Shown here: positions 6,965 through 17,193 of the stretch, in pieces | How the letters are laid out: every line of letters begins with the position of its first letter | Position numbering within the stretch: position 1 is the stretch's first letter | Position numbers and translations under genes: made by a program | Origin: a virus | Virus record (IMG/VR): IMGVR_UViG_3300029199_000002 | Reading direction: 5' to 3' (one strand) | DNA: 64,000 bases | Notes under the pieces: model-generated | Told to the model about the DNA's origin: nothing | Seen by the model: only the letters and a program-made list of their open reading frames with translations | Databases searched by the model: none

Positions 6965-9832
6965 ATGTATCACTTCCTGCAGTTCAAGCCGAACAAGAAG
7001 GAAGCCTGGCGCATGTACGACGAAAGGCAGCTGTCCGATCTCGAGCAGCCGCCGGCGTTCATCACCGTCCTAAAGGTGGACCAGGACCCCGAAAACTTCG
7101 CTGAAAACGGAGAGGACCCGCTCGACCATGTGAAGTACCTGGGGCCGATGTATCTCGACTTCGACGGCCCAGAGCTGGACGTCGTCCTGGACGACGTCCG
7201 CGAGGTCCTTACCCGGCTGACCAAAAAGCTGGACATCGAAAAGTCGTACATCCATTGCTGGTTGTCAGGCCAGAAAGGTGTGCACCTGACTATCCCGGCC
7301 AGGATTTTCGGGCTGAAGAACCCGATCAAGGCGCTGCCCCTCATCTACCGTGAGATCGCAGCCCACTTGAAGGTTGAACACCTTGATATGTCGGTCTATT
7401 CGGCAGGCCGGGGACGGATGTGGCGCTGTGAGAACATCGCCAGGCCAGGTACTGGCACGTTCAAGGTTGGCGTCACGTTCGACGAGCTGATGAATATGGA
7501 CTCGGAGATGTACGCAACCATGGTTGCGCAGCCGAGGCCGCCCATGTCGCTGAGCGAGCCTTCTGACTCAGTGATCTTCCCCAAGGCAGAGTCACTGCTG
7601 AAGACTGCCAGAGCGGCAGCGCAGAAGCGTGTCAGGGCCATGAAGGGGTCATCAGTCGTACCGAAGGACAAGCTTCGCGAGCTGAAGGAAATCCCAGGCT
7701 GCGTACAGAAGCTGCTAACCGAAGGCGACTGTCCAAGCTCCAACTGGAACCAGGCAGCCATGCAGGTTGCAGCGTACATCGCTGCACGGTACGAGCGAGC
7801 CGAGTCCGATGAGTACACCCCTAATGTAGTAGAGCCCTTCGTAAAGAATGTGGAGAGCAGTTCCCGGCCAACCGTTAAGGAACGCCGTAAGCATGTGGAA
7901 GACATGCTCAACCGGGCTTTCTCAGGCCGCATCAAGTTCCTACCGGGACCACTTATCTCGGTTATCGAGAAGCCTTGCGGAGACTGCATCGTCTGTCGCG
8001 GCGACTTCGAAGCCATGGATAAGCCGGAAGGAGAAGACGTCGACTACCACGACAAACGTACCGGAATTGCAGCGGTGAAGGACGGTTACGCACTGCTTAC
8101 CGATAGCGGTAGCAGGAAGTTGACCACCTTCACGTTCTGGCCTCACACAGAAGTTTTCGACCTGGAGGACATCTCTGGAGAGCAGGTGGCCTTCAAGGTG
8201 TCCCCACGCCAGTCGTACATCGGCCTGCTGATAGACGACAAAGGTGATAGGTGGGAGGAGTTCGAAATCCCTGAGTCCTCCTGGGGAGCCAAGCGCTCGC
8301 TGATCTCGACAACCAGCGGCATTGGCTCAGCAACAGTCGTGGCATCAGACGCCGACATCCAACCCATTCTCCGCGCAATCCAAGAGCTTGGTGAGCGCAG
8401 AGCCAAATCAGAAGGCAGAGAGATCGAGAAAATGGTTCGCACCCAGCTTTGTGGGGTGCTGTTCGACCGCCGTAAGGACACCGTCGTGGCTCACTACGTG
8501 GAGGATGCAGGCAGCTGCACTTCCAGTGGCAAGGTCAGTCGGTACTTCTACAGCGGCGATCCCAAGCAGTCACCCAAGCTACTCACTGAGGATTACCCGT
8601 ACGAGGACGGCGACACCGACCTTGAACATGCTATCTACCACCTCTGCAACGTCAACGAGCCTCACAACGTAGCAGCGATCATGGGCTGGTTTGTGGCCTG
8701 CCACTTCCGGGAGCACATACAGTTCAACGAGGTGCAATTCCCGCTCCTGAACATCAGCGGTAACGCCAGCGCAGGCAAGACTTCTCTGGCCATCCTCATG
8801 AGCTACCTCAACGGAATGGACTACACCAAGGCGGACTTCATGAACGTCGAGGTTTCCACGATCTATCCGCTGATTCGCTTCGTTTCCAGCAGCAGTACGG
8901 TGCCCCGCCTGGTGGAAGAGGTGAACCCATCTAACATGGCTGCCGGTCAGTACGGAAAGATCCTCGGCATCCTGAAGGCCGCATGGAACCGTGCCCCTGT
9001 ACCCCGCGGTCGCATCGTCGACAAAGGCGTCTCAGTCACCACCGACCGGGTCAGCTCACCTATCGTCTACACCAGCGAGCAGACGGCCACAGTGCCCTCG
9101 CTGCGAAGCCGGACTGTAGAGGTAAAGCTCACCTCCAAAGCGCTGACCAACCCGGCGTACCGGAACCACTACGCTGAAGCTTCTCGTCTTCGGTTTTCGC
9201 TGATGAGAATGGCAAAAGCATTGATAACTGTGGCGGTAAACCTGAAGCCTTCCGAGGTCTTAGAGGTTTTCGACACAGCAGGAATGTACGTCCCTGACAG
9301 CATCGGACCACGCCCGAAATGGGGTTACCAGACAGCACTTGCTGGCCTGCACCTCATGGGTATGACCATGGACAAGTACAAGCTAAATGGCCGGGGCCAC
9401 GTCGACAAACTCTATGACGCCCTGGCCGACTACCTGCAAGACAACGCCGGGGAGATGGAGAAGGAGAAGTCTGTTTCCGAGGTAGACCGGGTCCTGTCTT
9501 CCATGAACCAACTGGCCGACGACCAAGAGGATAAGGCCACGGCACTGCGTGCTGGTCACCACTACTGGCGCAAAGGGGACCTGCTGTATCTGATTATCTC
9601 AGCCTGTCTGCCCCGCTACTGCCGCTACGCCAAGATCCTTGGCGACACACCTGTGATCAAAGAGGCGCGGCAGATGACGAGCCTACTCGAAGGCGAGGTC
9701 TACTTCGACCGCAAGGAAGCCCACCCCTACAAGGAAGGCGTGGACGTCCATGTGCTCAGTATCGAAGGCCTTCGTAAGAAGGGAACCACTCTCACCAACT
9801 TCCAAGACGGAACCGAGCCAGAAGAAAACTGA
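6965..9832 (+). CDS. primase-helicase (AEP/PrimPol N-terminus plus P-loop NTPase)
   Basis: YLDFD and SGQKGVH AEP motifs; GNASAGKTS Walker A in C-terminal half. Confidence 0.85.
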   Translation: MYHFLQFKPNKKEAWRMYDERQLSDLEQPPAFITVLKVDQDPENFAENGEDPLDHVKYLGPMYLDFDGPELDVVLDDVREVLTRLTKKLDIEKSYIHCWLSGQKGVHLTIPARIFGLKNPIKALPLIYREIAAHLKVEHLDMSVYSAGRGRMWRCENIARPGTGTFKVGVTFDELMNMDSEMYATMVAQPRPPMSLSEPSDSVIFPKAESLLKTARAAAQKRVRAMKGSSVVPKDKLRELKEIPGCVQKLLTEGDCPSSNWNQAAMQVAAYIAARYERAESDEYTPNVVEPFVKNVESSSRPTVKERRKHVEDMLNRAFSGRIKFLPGPLISVIEKPCGDCIVCRGDFEAMDKPEGEDVDYHDKRTGIAAVKDGYALLTDSGSRKLTTFTFWPHTEVFDLEDISGEQVAFKVSPRQSYIGLLIDDKGDRWEEFEIPESSWGAKRSLISTTSGIGSATVVASDADIQPILRAIQELGERRAKSEGREIEKMVRTQLCGVLFDRRKDTVVAHYVEDAGSCTSSGKVSRYFYSGDPKQSPKLLTEDYPYEDGDTDLEHAIYHLCNVNEPHNVAAIMGWFVACHFREHIQFNEVQFPLLNISGNASAGKTSLAILMSYLNGMDYTKADFMNVEVSTIYPLIRFVSSSSTVPRLVEEVNPSNMAAGQYGKILGILKAAWNRAPVPRGRIVDKGVSVTTDRVSSPIVYTSEQTATVPSLRSRTVEVKLTSKALTNPAYRNHYAEASRLRFSLMRMAKALITVAVNLKPSEVLEVFDTAGMYVPDSIGPRPKWGYQTALAGLHLMGMTMDKYKLNGRGHVDKLYDALADYLQDNAGEMEKEKSVSEVDRVLSSMNQLADDQEDKATALRAGHHYWRKGDLLYLIISACLPRYCRYAKILGDTPVIKEARQMTSLLEGEVYFDRKEAHPYKEGVDVHVLSIEGLRKKGTTLTNFQDGTEPEEN

Positions 9833-9877
9833 GTCGGGCAAGAAGAAGGGGCGTGCGAGCCCCTTTAGGAGAACAAG

Positions 9878-10141
9878 ATGCGTTACACCGACCAAGCGGC
9901 CTCTGAAGCTGCAGAGCGCCATGCAGATCCGATAGACAAGGCATCCGCAATCGCTGAAGAGTCCCTTCGTTTGGCGATCGAAGAAGCCAAGGCCAATGCA
10001 CCAAGACCGCTTCTGGCCAACGGCTCCTGCCACTACTGCAGCGAGCCACTTGAGCAGGGGCACCGCTTCTGCGATGAGTTCTGTAGAGAGGACTACGACT
10101 ACATGATGACCAGGAGAAAGGCTAATGGCATCAAGCCTTAG
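9878..10141 (+). CDS. TraR/DksA-like C4 zinc-finger protein
   Basis: D.IDKAS...E N-terminal helix followed by CHYC..PL.....FC.EFC. Confidence 0.65.
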   Translation: MRYTDQAASEAAERHADPIDKASAIAEESLRLAIEEAKANAPRPLLANGSCHYCSEPLEQGHRFCDEFCREDYDYMMTRRKANGIKP

Positions 10142-11759
10142 TGACCTGATGCTGGCGAGTGGAGTAGTCAATTACCCTACATGGTTCGGAAAGGTGGGAA
10201 TCCCTTTCTGGCCAATGCCACACCAGGCGGACATGGTCAAAACATACGCCAGGAAGATGCGGTTCCTAGACGCGGGCGAGCCAGGCATAGGAAAGTCCTT
10301 CCCGGCTCAGATCCACGCAGTGCTGATGGCATCTCTCGGGAACAAGGTCGTATTCACCATGCCGCCGAAGCTGCTGGTCCAGTTCTACGAGGAGATGAAG
10401 GACTTCTTCGTCGGCATCGAGAAGCACCTGTACATCGAGCACCTAGATCGTACAGCCGTTCAGAAGAAGAAGCTGCTTGATCAGTGGGATGCTACGGGAT
10501 GGCCTGACATCCTGATGCTCTCCTACGACAGCTACCGGGCGCTAAACGACAAGTCCCCCATGAAGAACATCGGCGTCAACCTTTGGTTCCGGCAGGACGG
10601 GTCGCCCTACTTCAGGGAAAAGGACGTCCCCTACGACAAGACTGCCCAGCCGTTCACTAAGGATGGTCGGCCGATCAACCGGCGCGGCAAGGCCGCCAAC
10701 CCGCACCAATTCAGACTGAAGAAAGCCGGCTACAACGTGCTGTTCTTCGACGAGGCGCACGCCCTTTGTGGTGTTGATTCGATCCTGTCGAACTCCGTGT
10801 CGGAGATGAGTGAGCAGCTGGGTGATGAGGTGGCCATCTACCTGATGACTGGCACTCCAGTTCCCACTCACTTGCATGACGTCTACGGACTCATCAGGCT
10901 GGTCAATCCTGCAGCCTACGGCAACAAAGCGTCCTTCATGCGGCAACACTGCGAAATCCGCAAGTTCACAATGAACACCGGCAAGAAGGACATCCAGATC
11001 AGCTCAGTCGTCGGATACATGAACACCGAGAAGGTCTACCAGAAACTCTACGAGAACTGCAGCCGGGTGCAGAAGCGCAACGTCATCAGCATGCCGGAAC
11101 CGATGATCACTCAAATCAGGGTTCACCTGACGGGAGCCCATAAACGGCTCTACAAGAAGATCATCAACGACCGGTTCGCCCTCCTCGGTGACAAGGTACT
11201 GATGCCAGACAACCAGTCAGCGCTACGGCACCTCGCCCTACAGCTGATCAGCTGTCCGAGCGAATTCGATGAATCGGTCAGCATGGACAACGAACTGGCC
11301 AACGCTTGCGACACCCTCCTCGACTCGATCAACCCGGCCAACCACAAGGTGATCATCTTCGCTTACTACAAGCGGGCCATCGATTTCCTGGCCAAGCGGT
11401 ACGCTAAGTGGAATCCGGCCGTGGTTTATGGCGGCTCGGCAGGCGGCGAAGTGGACAGATTCAAGCATGACGACACATGCAGGGTAGCCATCATCAACTG
11501 GGTGGCCGGCGGCGCCGGGCTCAACCTACAAGTGGCCTCACACAGCATCTTCTACGAATGTCCGACCAGCCCGAAAGACGCCAAGCAGGCTATCGCCCGC
11601 ACTGACCGCAAGGGTCAGGAGAACATCGTAAACGTGTATTTCTTGCGGGTGATGGGAACCTTGCTCGATAAGAATTTCAAAAACCTCCTCAAAAATGAGG
11701 AAGAGAACAACAAGGTCGTTCGTGACAAGAAGGACCTGTTGCACGAGCTGCTGCGCTAG
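10125..11759 (+). CDS. SNF2/SF2 helicase
   Basis: GEPGIGKS, FFDEAH, MTGTP, GAGLNLQ, QAIARTDRKGQ. Confidence 0.92.
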   Translation: MASSLSDLMLASGVVNYPTWFGKVGIPFWPMPHQADMVKTYARKMRFLDAGEPGIGKSFPAQIHAVLMASLGNKVVFTMPPKLLVQFYEEMKDFFVGIEKHLYIEHLDRTAVQKKKLLDQWDATGWPDILMLSYDSYRALNDKSPMKNIGVNLWFRQDGSPYFREKDVPYDKTAQPFTKDGRPINRRGKAANPHQFRLKKAGYNVLFFDEAHALCGVDSILSNSVSEMSEQLGDEVAIYLMTGTPVPTHLHDVYGLIRLVNPAAYGNKASFMRQHCEIRKFTMNTGKKDIQISSVVGYMNTEKVYQKLYENCSRVQKRNVISMPEPMITQIRVHLTGAHKRLYKKIINDRFALLGDKVLMPDNQSALRHLALQLISCPSEFDESVSMDNELANACDTLLDSINPANHKVIIFAYYKRAIDFLAKRYAKWNPAVVYGGSAGGEVDRFKHDDTCRVAIINWVAGGAGLNLQVASHSIFYECPTSPKDAKQAIARTDRKGQENIVNVYFLRVMGTLLDKNFKNLLKNEEENNKVVRDKKDLLHELLR

Positions 11760-11807
11760 CAGGGCAGCTCTTCAACCACCCCTCCCGCGGAAAGTAGGTC
11801 GACCTGG

Positions 11808-11836
11808 TTGACTACCGGCTATTCACCCGGTATAAC
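11808..11836 (+). promoter_or_regulatory. sigma70 promoter TTGACT-17-TATAAC; motif variant CTGTATTTCCAG at 11860-11871
   Basis: near-consensus promoter. Confidence 0.8.
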
Positions 11837-11932
11837 TGCAAACCTGTGTTCCTGTATTGCTGTATTTCCAGCAAGCAGAGACACCAATGAAGCTGATAAC
11901 CGTAACCATCAAACCCTAAAAGGAACGCCCAA

Positions 11933-12778
11933 ATGGCACTCGTCAAACCTCAAGTTACCCAAGAATCCGTTGTTGAAGTAGCAGTTGAAAAAGAAGTTCT
12001 GACCCAAGCAGGTGTGGAATCCACCGCCAAGGTTGAAGTGCAGGCTGCGGTAGCCCAAGCCGCTGAAGTCGTCTCCGGTGAGACACTGACCGAAGACGGC
12101 ATCGAAGCTACTGACAATGCTGTTGAACAGCCAGCCGAAACCCAGGCTGTAGCCATCACTGAACCCGCCGGCGCCGTATCGGTTGCCGCTCAGCGCACTA
12201 ATGCGATGGCACAGTTCACCCAGGATCAAGCCGATGCAGGCTTCGAAGGCCTGGAGCTGACCGGCATGTCCTTCGACCGCATCAAGATGCACGAAGGCAA
12301 GTTCCTGCTGGGCAGCGACGAGACCGAACTGGGCACTGAGTTCCAGTGCGTAATCCACAACACCCGTCGCCTGTTTGTGGTCCGCCAGAGCACCGACAAC
12401 GATGCTGAGGCGTTCTACTCCTACGACAGCGAAGGTAAGACCTTCACTGACGGCTCCTCGGCTTCCGAGAAGCTGGAAGAGTGGGCTGACGAGGGCTACG
12501 GCGGCGAAGAGAACCCGCTGGACATCAAAGAGTATCTGGAGGCTATGGTCACCCTGGTGAACCGCGATGACGAGTACGACGGCCAGATGGCGATGCTGAG
12601 CATTCCTCCTGCCTCCAAGGCCCGCCTGGCAGGCGTAGCAGCTCAGGCTTACACCAAGCTGCGCGGCGCCAAGCTGAACGACGTGGTCACTCAGTGCCAG
12701 GTAGGCAAGAAGGTCGGTGAAGGCACCAAGGCATTCCGTCCTTGGGTGTTCAAGGCGCTGACCCGCTACGAAGGCTGA
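11933..12778 (+). CDS. putative single-stranded DNA-binding protein
   Basis: A/E/V-rich N-terminus, aromatic/acidic core, position in replication module, own promoter and terminator. Confidence 0.5.
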   Translation: MALVKPQVTQESVVEVAVEKEVLTQAGVESTAKVEVQAAVAQAAEVVSGETLTEDGIEATDNAVEQPAETQAVAITEPAGAVSVAAQRTNAMAQFTQDQADAGFEGLELTGMSFDRIKMHEGKFLLGSDETELGTEFQCVIHNTRRLFVVRQSTDNDAEAFYSYDSEGKTFTDGSSASEKLEEWADEGYGGEENPLDIKEYLEAMVTLVNRDDEYDGQMAMLSIPPASKARLAGVAAQAYTKLRGAKLNDVVTQCQVGKKVGEGTKAFRPWVFKALTRYEG

Positions 12779-12793
12779 TCTCAGCGGCAACAG

Positions 12794-12824
12794 AAAAGCC
12801 GCCGGTGACCCCGGCGGCTTTTTT
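12794..12824. terminator. intrinsic (bidirectional) terminator
   Basis: AAAAGCCGCCGG-TGACC-CCGGCGGCTTTT 12-bp stem with T tract. Confidence 0.9.
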
Positions 12825-12863
12825 ACCCCCTAGAACCTGTATTTACAGGAATAAGGAAAGAGC

Positions 12864-13166
12864 ATGGACAATCAGCATAAGAAGATTAGCGGCTATCGCG
12901 ACCTCACCCAGCCAGAAATCGACCTGATGAACCGCATCAAGGACAAGGGCCGGGAGCTGCTGGAGTTGCAGGCGAAGCTGGTCACGGCGTTGAAGGTGCA
13001 GCAATCAGATAAGGCTGCCGCAGTAGCCTGCAACACTGATGAGAACGCCGAGTTCGAGCGATTCATAGACGCCGAGCCGCTGCGTTGGGCTGCCATCGGC
13101 AAGACCGACATCCAGACTGGGGTTATGGCTCTGGTGCGTGCCGTTGCTCAGCCGGCCGGAGTGTGA
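12864..13166 (+). CDS. acb2: anti-CBASS protein Acb2 (cyclic oligonucleotide sponge)
   Basis: MDNQHKKISGYRDL..EID.MNR.K and AEP.RW.AIGKTDIQTG.MA..RA.AQP closely match Pseudomonas phage Acb2 as I recall it; Y11 and K26 positions conserved. Confidence 0.9.
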   Translation: MDNQHKKISGYRDLTQPEIDLMNRIKDKGRELLELQAKLVTALKVQQSDKAAAVACNTDENAEFERFIDAEPLRWAAIGKTDIQTGVMALVRAVAQPAGV

Positions 13167-13173
13167 GGTTGGG

Positions 13174-13905
13174 ATGAAAGCAGTCTACGAAAATCATTAC
13201 CTCAGTGACCGTGACGTGGCCAACTTCGCCCGCCACAGCTTCGCTGACCTCGCTGACAACTTCAGCGAAGCCCAAAACGACAACCTGATCCGCTTCCTGG
13301 CTCGCGGTATGAAGTCGGGTGATTGGAACGATCTGATCCTCGAGATGTTGGAATGCCGAGACGAGATCGAAGCCAACAACCTCGCCAACTACCTGCGCAA
13401 GATCCCTGAGCATTGGGTTCCTTTCGGCCATCCGCACATCTCCCTGCGTATGCAGGCCCCGGTGCCCATCGCCCGCCAGGCGTTCAAACACAAGATCGGC
13501 CTGGTCGAGTCGGAAGAGTCCCGCCGCTACATCAGCAGCCGCCCTACCCTCTTCGTACCTGACCACTTCCGCGCTGCAGCGGAGAACGTGAAGCAAGGGT
13601 CAGCCGGCGTCCACCCAGAAAGCGCTGTCATCCTAGAGGGCTACATCAGCACATCCACGTCGATGATCGACCTGTACGAATCAATGATCGCAATGGGCGT
13701 GTGCCCTGAGCAGGCCCGCCTCGTCCTGCCGCAAGGCTGTGAGGTGAACTGGGTCTGGACTGGCTCGCTGTACGCCTTCGCCAACTTCTACAACCAGCGC
13801 AGCGACTCGCACGCCCAGAAGGAGATCCAGGATCTCGCCGAGCAGGTAAGCCAGATCATTGCCCCACTGTATCCGGTTTCGTGGCCGGCGTTGACCGGCA
13901 AATGA
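13174..13905 (+). CDS. thyX: flavin-dependent thymidylate synthase
   Basis: HWVPFGH, PIARQAFKH, ESRRY, EQARLVLP, QRSDSHAQKEI. Confidence 0.93.
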   Translation: MKAVYENHYLSDRDVANFARHSFADLADNFSEAQNDNLIRFLARGMKSGDWNDLILEMLECRDEIEANNLANYLRKIPEHWVPFGHPHISLRMQAPVPIARQAFKHKIGLVESEESRRYISSRPTLFVPDHFRAAAENVKQGSAGVHPESAVILEGYISTSTSMIDLYESMIAMGVCPEQARLVLPQGCEVNWVWTGSLYAFANFYNQRSDSHAQKEIQDLAEQVSQIIAPLYPVSWPALTGK

Positions 13906-13953
13906 ACCCCCCTTCCGGCACGAGGGGTGCCGGGACTAAAGAAGCGAAGAAAA

Positions 13954-14970
13954 ATGTCACTTAGCCAGATCGAAACACCCACTGACTCCTATGTTGCCCG
14001 CTACCCGTGGGCAACAGAGATGGCCATCGAACAACAGTCGATCTTCTGGCCCGCTGAGGAACTCGGCGTAGAGCGAGATGAAAACGACTTCAGGACCCTG
14101 CTCAACGAAGCCGAACTGCACGGCGTACTCACTGCTCAGTCGATTCTGACCCAGTACGAACTCATGATCGGTGGTGACGAGCTGTGGGGTGGCAAAATTG
14201 CCAAGATGTTCCCTCGCCCAGAGATCCAGCGCATGTGCGCCTGCTTCGCCAACGTCGAGCTGGGCAGTCATGCTCCCTTCTATGACCTGGCCAACAAGGT
14301 GCTGGGCAAGGCCACTGACGAGTTCTACAGCCAGTGGAAGCTGGACCCCGTTTTGGCTGAGCGTATCGCTTTCGTGAACGAGTGCACCGCCAGCGAAGAC
14401 GCCCTTGAGGTCACAGCCGCTTTGGCGTTCCTTGAGGGCTCGGTACTCTTCAGCGCCTTCGGCTACTTCAAGGGCTTCAACGCTCGCGGCCACAACATGA
14501 TTTCTCACTTCGTCAGCGGCATTGACGGATCTGCGAAGGATGAGAATTTCCACTCGATGGCATCTGCCTACCTGTTCCGGCAGTGCAAGGCCGAGCGCAC
14601 CGCCGCCGGCAACCACAGCCCTGCGCAGGATGCTGCACTGCGCGAGAAGATCCTCTGGATGGCCAAGGTCGTCTGGGAGCATGAACAGCTGATCACTCGA
14701 AAGCTGTTCGAGATCCCGGGCAACCGCGTCGTTACCGAGGAAGAGCTACTCGCCTTCACGCAGGACCGCATCGACGTCGTCCTTAACAGGCTGGAAATGC
14801 CGCCGATGTTTGGCCACGAGAAAGGCGTGATCTCCGGCTGGTTCTATCAGCAGCTGTCCACCGTGAAGGTGCCGGACTTCTTCGCCAATACCCAGCTGCA
14901 GTACCGCAGGTCTTGGGCTAAGCACCGGCTAATTTTTCGCAAGGAGCTGGCTCATGCACCCGCTTCTTGA
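13954..14970 (+). CDS. nrdB: class I ribonucleotide reductase beta subunit
   Basis: FWPAEE, E...H..FY radical Tyr, LEGSVLFSAF, DENFH, DFF. Confidence 0.93.
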   Translation: MSLSQIETPTDSYVARYPWATEMAIEQQSIFWPAEELGVERDENDFRTLLNEAELHGVLTAQSILTQYELMIGGDELWGGKIAKMFPRPEIQRMCACFANVELGSHAPFYDLANKVLGKATDEFYSQWKLDPVLAERIAFVNECTASEDALEVTAALAFLEGSVLFSAFGYFKGFNARGHNMISHFVSGIDGSAKDENFHSMASAYLFRQCKAERTAAGNHSPAQDAALREKILWMAKVVWEHEQLITRKLFEIPGNRVVTEEELLAFTQDRIDVVLNRLEMPPMFGHEKGVISGWFYQQLSTVKVPDFFANTQLQYRRSWAKHRLIFRKELAHAPAS

Positions 14971-15466
14971 GGTAATTCGTGAGCGTTTTGAGTACGCCGA
15001 TGGTCAGGTACGGGTTCTAAAAGCAGGCCAGTGGAAAGGTAAAAAAGGCGCTCTGGCTGGCAATGTCCGACCTAAGGATGGGCGAATAATCATTCAGATT
15101 AAAGGTGCCCGGCTTTTCGCACATCAAGTGGTCTGGCTCCTCTTTCATGATGACCTTCCCGAAACCACCTTAGATCATCGAGACCGAGACCCTACCAACA
15201 ATAGGATAGAGAACCTACGACCGGCCAGCCTCAGTGAGCAGCAGGGGAACAAAACACGGCAGGCAAACAACACCAGCGGTTTTCGTGGTGTAAGTCGTGC
15301 CCACAACCATATGACGAAGCCTTGGCTAGCCACCATCAATCAAGGAGGCAAAGCCAAACACCTAGGGTACTTCGTTTCAGCTGAAGAAGCTGCCAGAGCC
15401 TATGACGCAGCTGCGATAGCTCAATTTGGGGCGTATGCCTCTACTAATTTCGGAGGGGTTATCTGA
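14954..15466 (+). CDS. HNH homing endonuclease with C-terminal AP2 domain
   Basis: AHQVVW...DHRDRDPTNNRIENLR; NTSGFRGV...W.A.I.......HLGYF.S.EEAARAYD.AA...FG.YA.TN. Confidence 0.9.
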   Translation: MHPLLEVIRERFEYADGQVRVLKAGQWKGKKGALAGNVRPKDGRIIIQIKGARLFAHQVVWLLFHDDLPETTLDHRDRDPTNNRIENLRPASLSEQQGNKTRQANNTSGFRGVSRAHNHMTKPWLATINQGGKAKHLGYFVSAEEAARAYDAAAIAQFGAYASTNFGGVI

Positions 15467-17193
15467 TGTCTTTCGATCCTACTGGCCTTGACGCCAACAC
15501 CCTGCAGAAATTCGAGCAGCTGAGCGTAGACCGCAAGCGGCTACAGGAGATGGGGCACCTGCCGAGCTGGTATACGACAGCTGGTTACCAGATGTTCAAG
15601 GACAAGTACCAGGTCCCTGGTGAAGACGCCGTACAAGGCCGTCACCGCCGTATCGCACAGACACTGGCCCGCCACATGAAGGGCCGTGAGGCTGAGTGGG
15701 AGGAAAACTTCTTCAACGAAATGTGGGACGGCGTCCTGTCACCGTCATCACCGGCACTGGCCAACACTGGCACTGACCGCGGCATGATGGTCGCCTGCTC
15801 AGGGCAGGTCGTCGGCGACAGCGTGAACGATTTCTACACAGCCCTGCGTGAGACAGCCCTGCTGTCCAAATGGGGTTTCGGTACCAGTGCTGACTTCAGT
15901 GGCATTCGCCCGCGTGGTACGCCGATCAGCAAAGGTGGCAAGGCCAGCGGCGCCGTCGAGGTCATCAACGACTTCTTCACAGCGGCCGGCAAGATCAGCC
16001 AGGGAGGCGCACGCCGTGGCTCCATCGGCGCCTACCTCGACATTGAGCACGCCGACTGGGACGAGGCATGTGACTCACTGGCCGCTGAACCCAATGGCAA
16101 GAACTACGGCTGGATCATCCGCGACTCGTTCGTTGAACGACTCATGGCGGGTGATGAAGACGCCAACCGCCGCTGGACAAAGGCGATCTACACCAAGCTG
16201 ATCACAGGCAAGGGTTACGTCTTCTGCGTGGACAAGGCCAACCGTCACCGTCCGCAGATGTACAAGGACTGGGGCCTGGATATCAAGGCCACCAACCTGT
16301 GCTCGGAGATCATGCTGCACAGCTCCGATGACCTGACCTACAGCTGCATCCTGGCTTCCCTGAACCTGATCCACTGGGACCGCATCAAGAGCAGCAACTC
16401 GGTCTTCATCGCCACGGTGTTCCTGGACTGCTTGTGCCAGGAGTTCATCGAGAAATCTGAAGGTGTAACGGGTCTTGAGAAGGTGCGTGAGTTCACCATC
16501 CGTGGGCGAGCCATTGGCCTGGGCATCATGGGCTTTCACACGATGCTGCAGCAGAAAGGCATCCCGTACATCGGCCTCGAGGCGCAGTTCCTGTCCACCG
16601 AGATCGCCAAGCATCTGCATGACGAATCCCTGCGGGCAAGCCAGTGGCTGGCACAGGAGTATGGCGAGCCTATGTGGTGTGAGGGGTACGGAGTTCGCAA
16701 CACACATCGTATCGCCTACGCCCCAACCAAGACGACAGCACTACTCATGGGTGGAGTTTCCGAGTCCTGGTTCCCTGACCCGGGCATGGTATTCGATGCC
16801 AGCTCAAGCGTAGGTGAACTTCGCCGCATTACACCTGTGATCTACGAGGTGATGAAGGCCAAGGGCGTCTACAGCAATGAGACGATCGAAGACCTGATTA
16901 ACAAGCTGGGCAGCGTCCAGCACGTTGACTGGCTGACCGATGAAGAGAAGTTGGTGTTCCTCAACGCCTTCGAAATGGATCAGCGAATCCTGCTGCGCCA
17001 TGCCAGCCAACGTCAGCCGCACACCTGCCAGGGGCAGAGTCTGAACTTCTATGTGCCGGAAGACGGTTCAGAGGATCTGATCGCTGAACTGCTGACGCTC
17101 GTCCTGCTCGACCCTAACATCCTGTCCCAATACTACATCTACTCGAGAAGCGGGATTGTCGTGAAGGACGAGTGCATCGCCTGCTCAGCATAA
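15466..17193 (+). CDS. nrdA: class I ribonucleotide reductase alpha subunit (no ATP cone)
   Basis: SPSSPAL.N.G, ATNLCSEI, SCILASLN, RAIGLG.MG, APT, C-terminal CIACSA. Confidence 0.95.
   Translation: MSFDPTGLDANTLQKFEQLSVDRKRLQEMGHLPSWYTTAGYQMFKDKYQVPGEDAVQGRHRRIAQTLARHMKGREAEWEENFFNEMWDGVLSPSSPALANTGTDRGMMVACSGQVVGDSVNDFYTALRETALLSKWGFGTSADFSGIRPRGTPISKGGKASGAVEVINDFFTAAGKISQGGARRGSIGAYLDIEHADWDEACDSLAAEPNGKNYGWIIRDSFVERLMAGDEDANRRWTKAIYTKLITGKGYVFCVDKANRHRPQMYKDWGLDIKATNLCSEIMLHSSDDLTYSCILASLNLIHWDRIKSSNSVFIATVFLDCLCQEFIEKSEGVTGLEKVREFTIRGRAIGLGIMGFHTMLQQKGIPYIGLEAQFLSTEIAKHLHDESLRASQWLAQEYGEPMWCEGYGVRNTHRIAYAPTKTTALLMGGVSESWFPDPGMVFDASSSVGELRRITPVIYEVMKAKGVYSNETIEDLINKLGSVQHVDWLTDEEKLVFLNAFEMDQRILLRHASQRQPHTCQGQSLNFYVPEDGSEDLIAELLTLVLLDPNILSQYYIYSRSGIVVKDECIACSA

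Noticed and set aside
11887-11919. Short ORF MKLITVTIKP as a Thr/Ile attenuator leader
   Set aside because: No terminator/antiterminator pair follows and the downstream gene is not biosynthetic.
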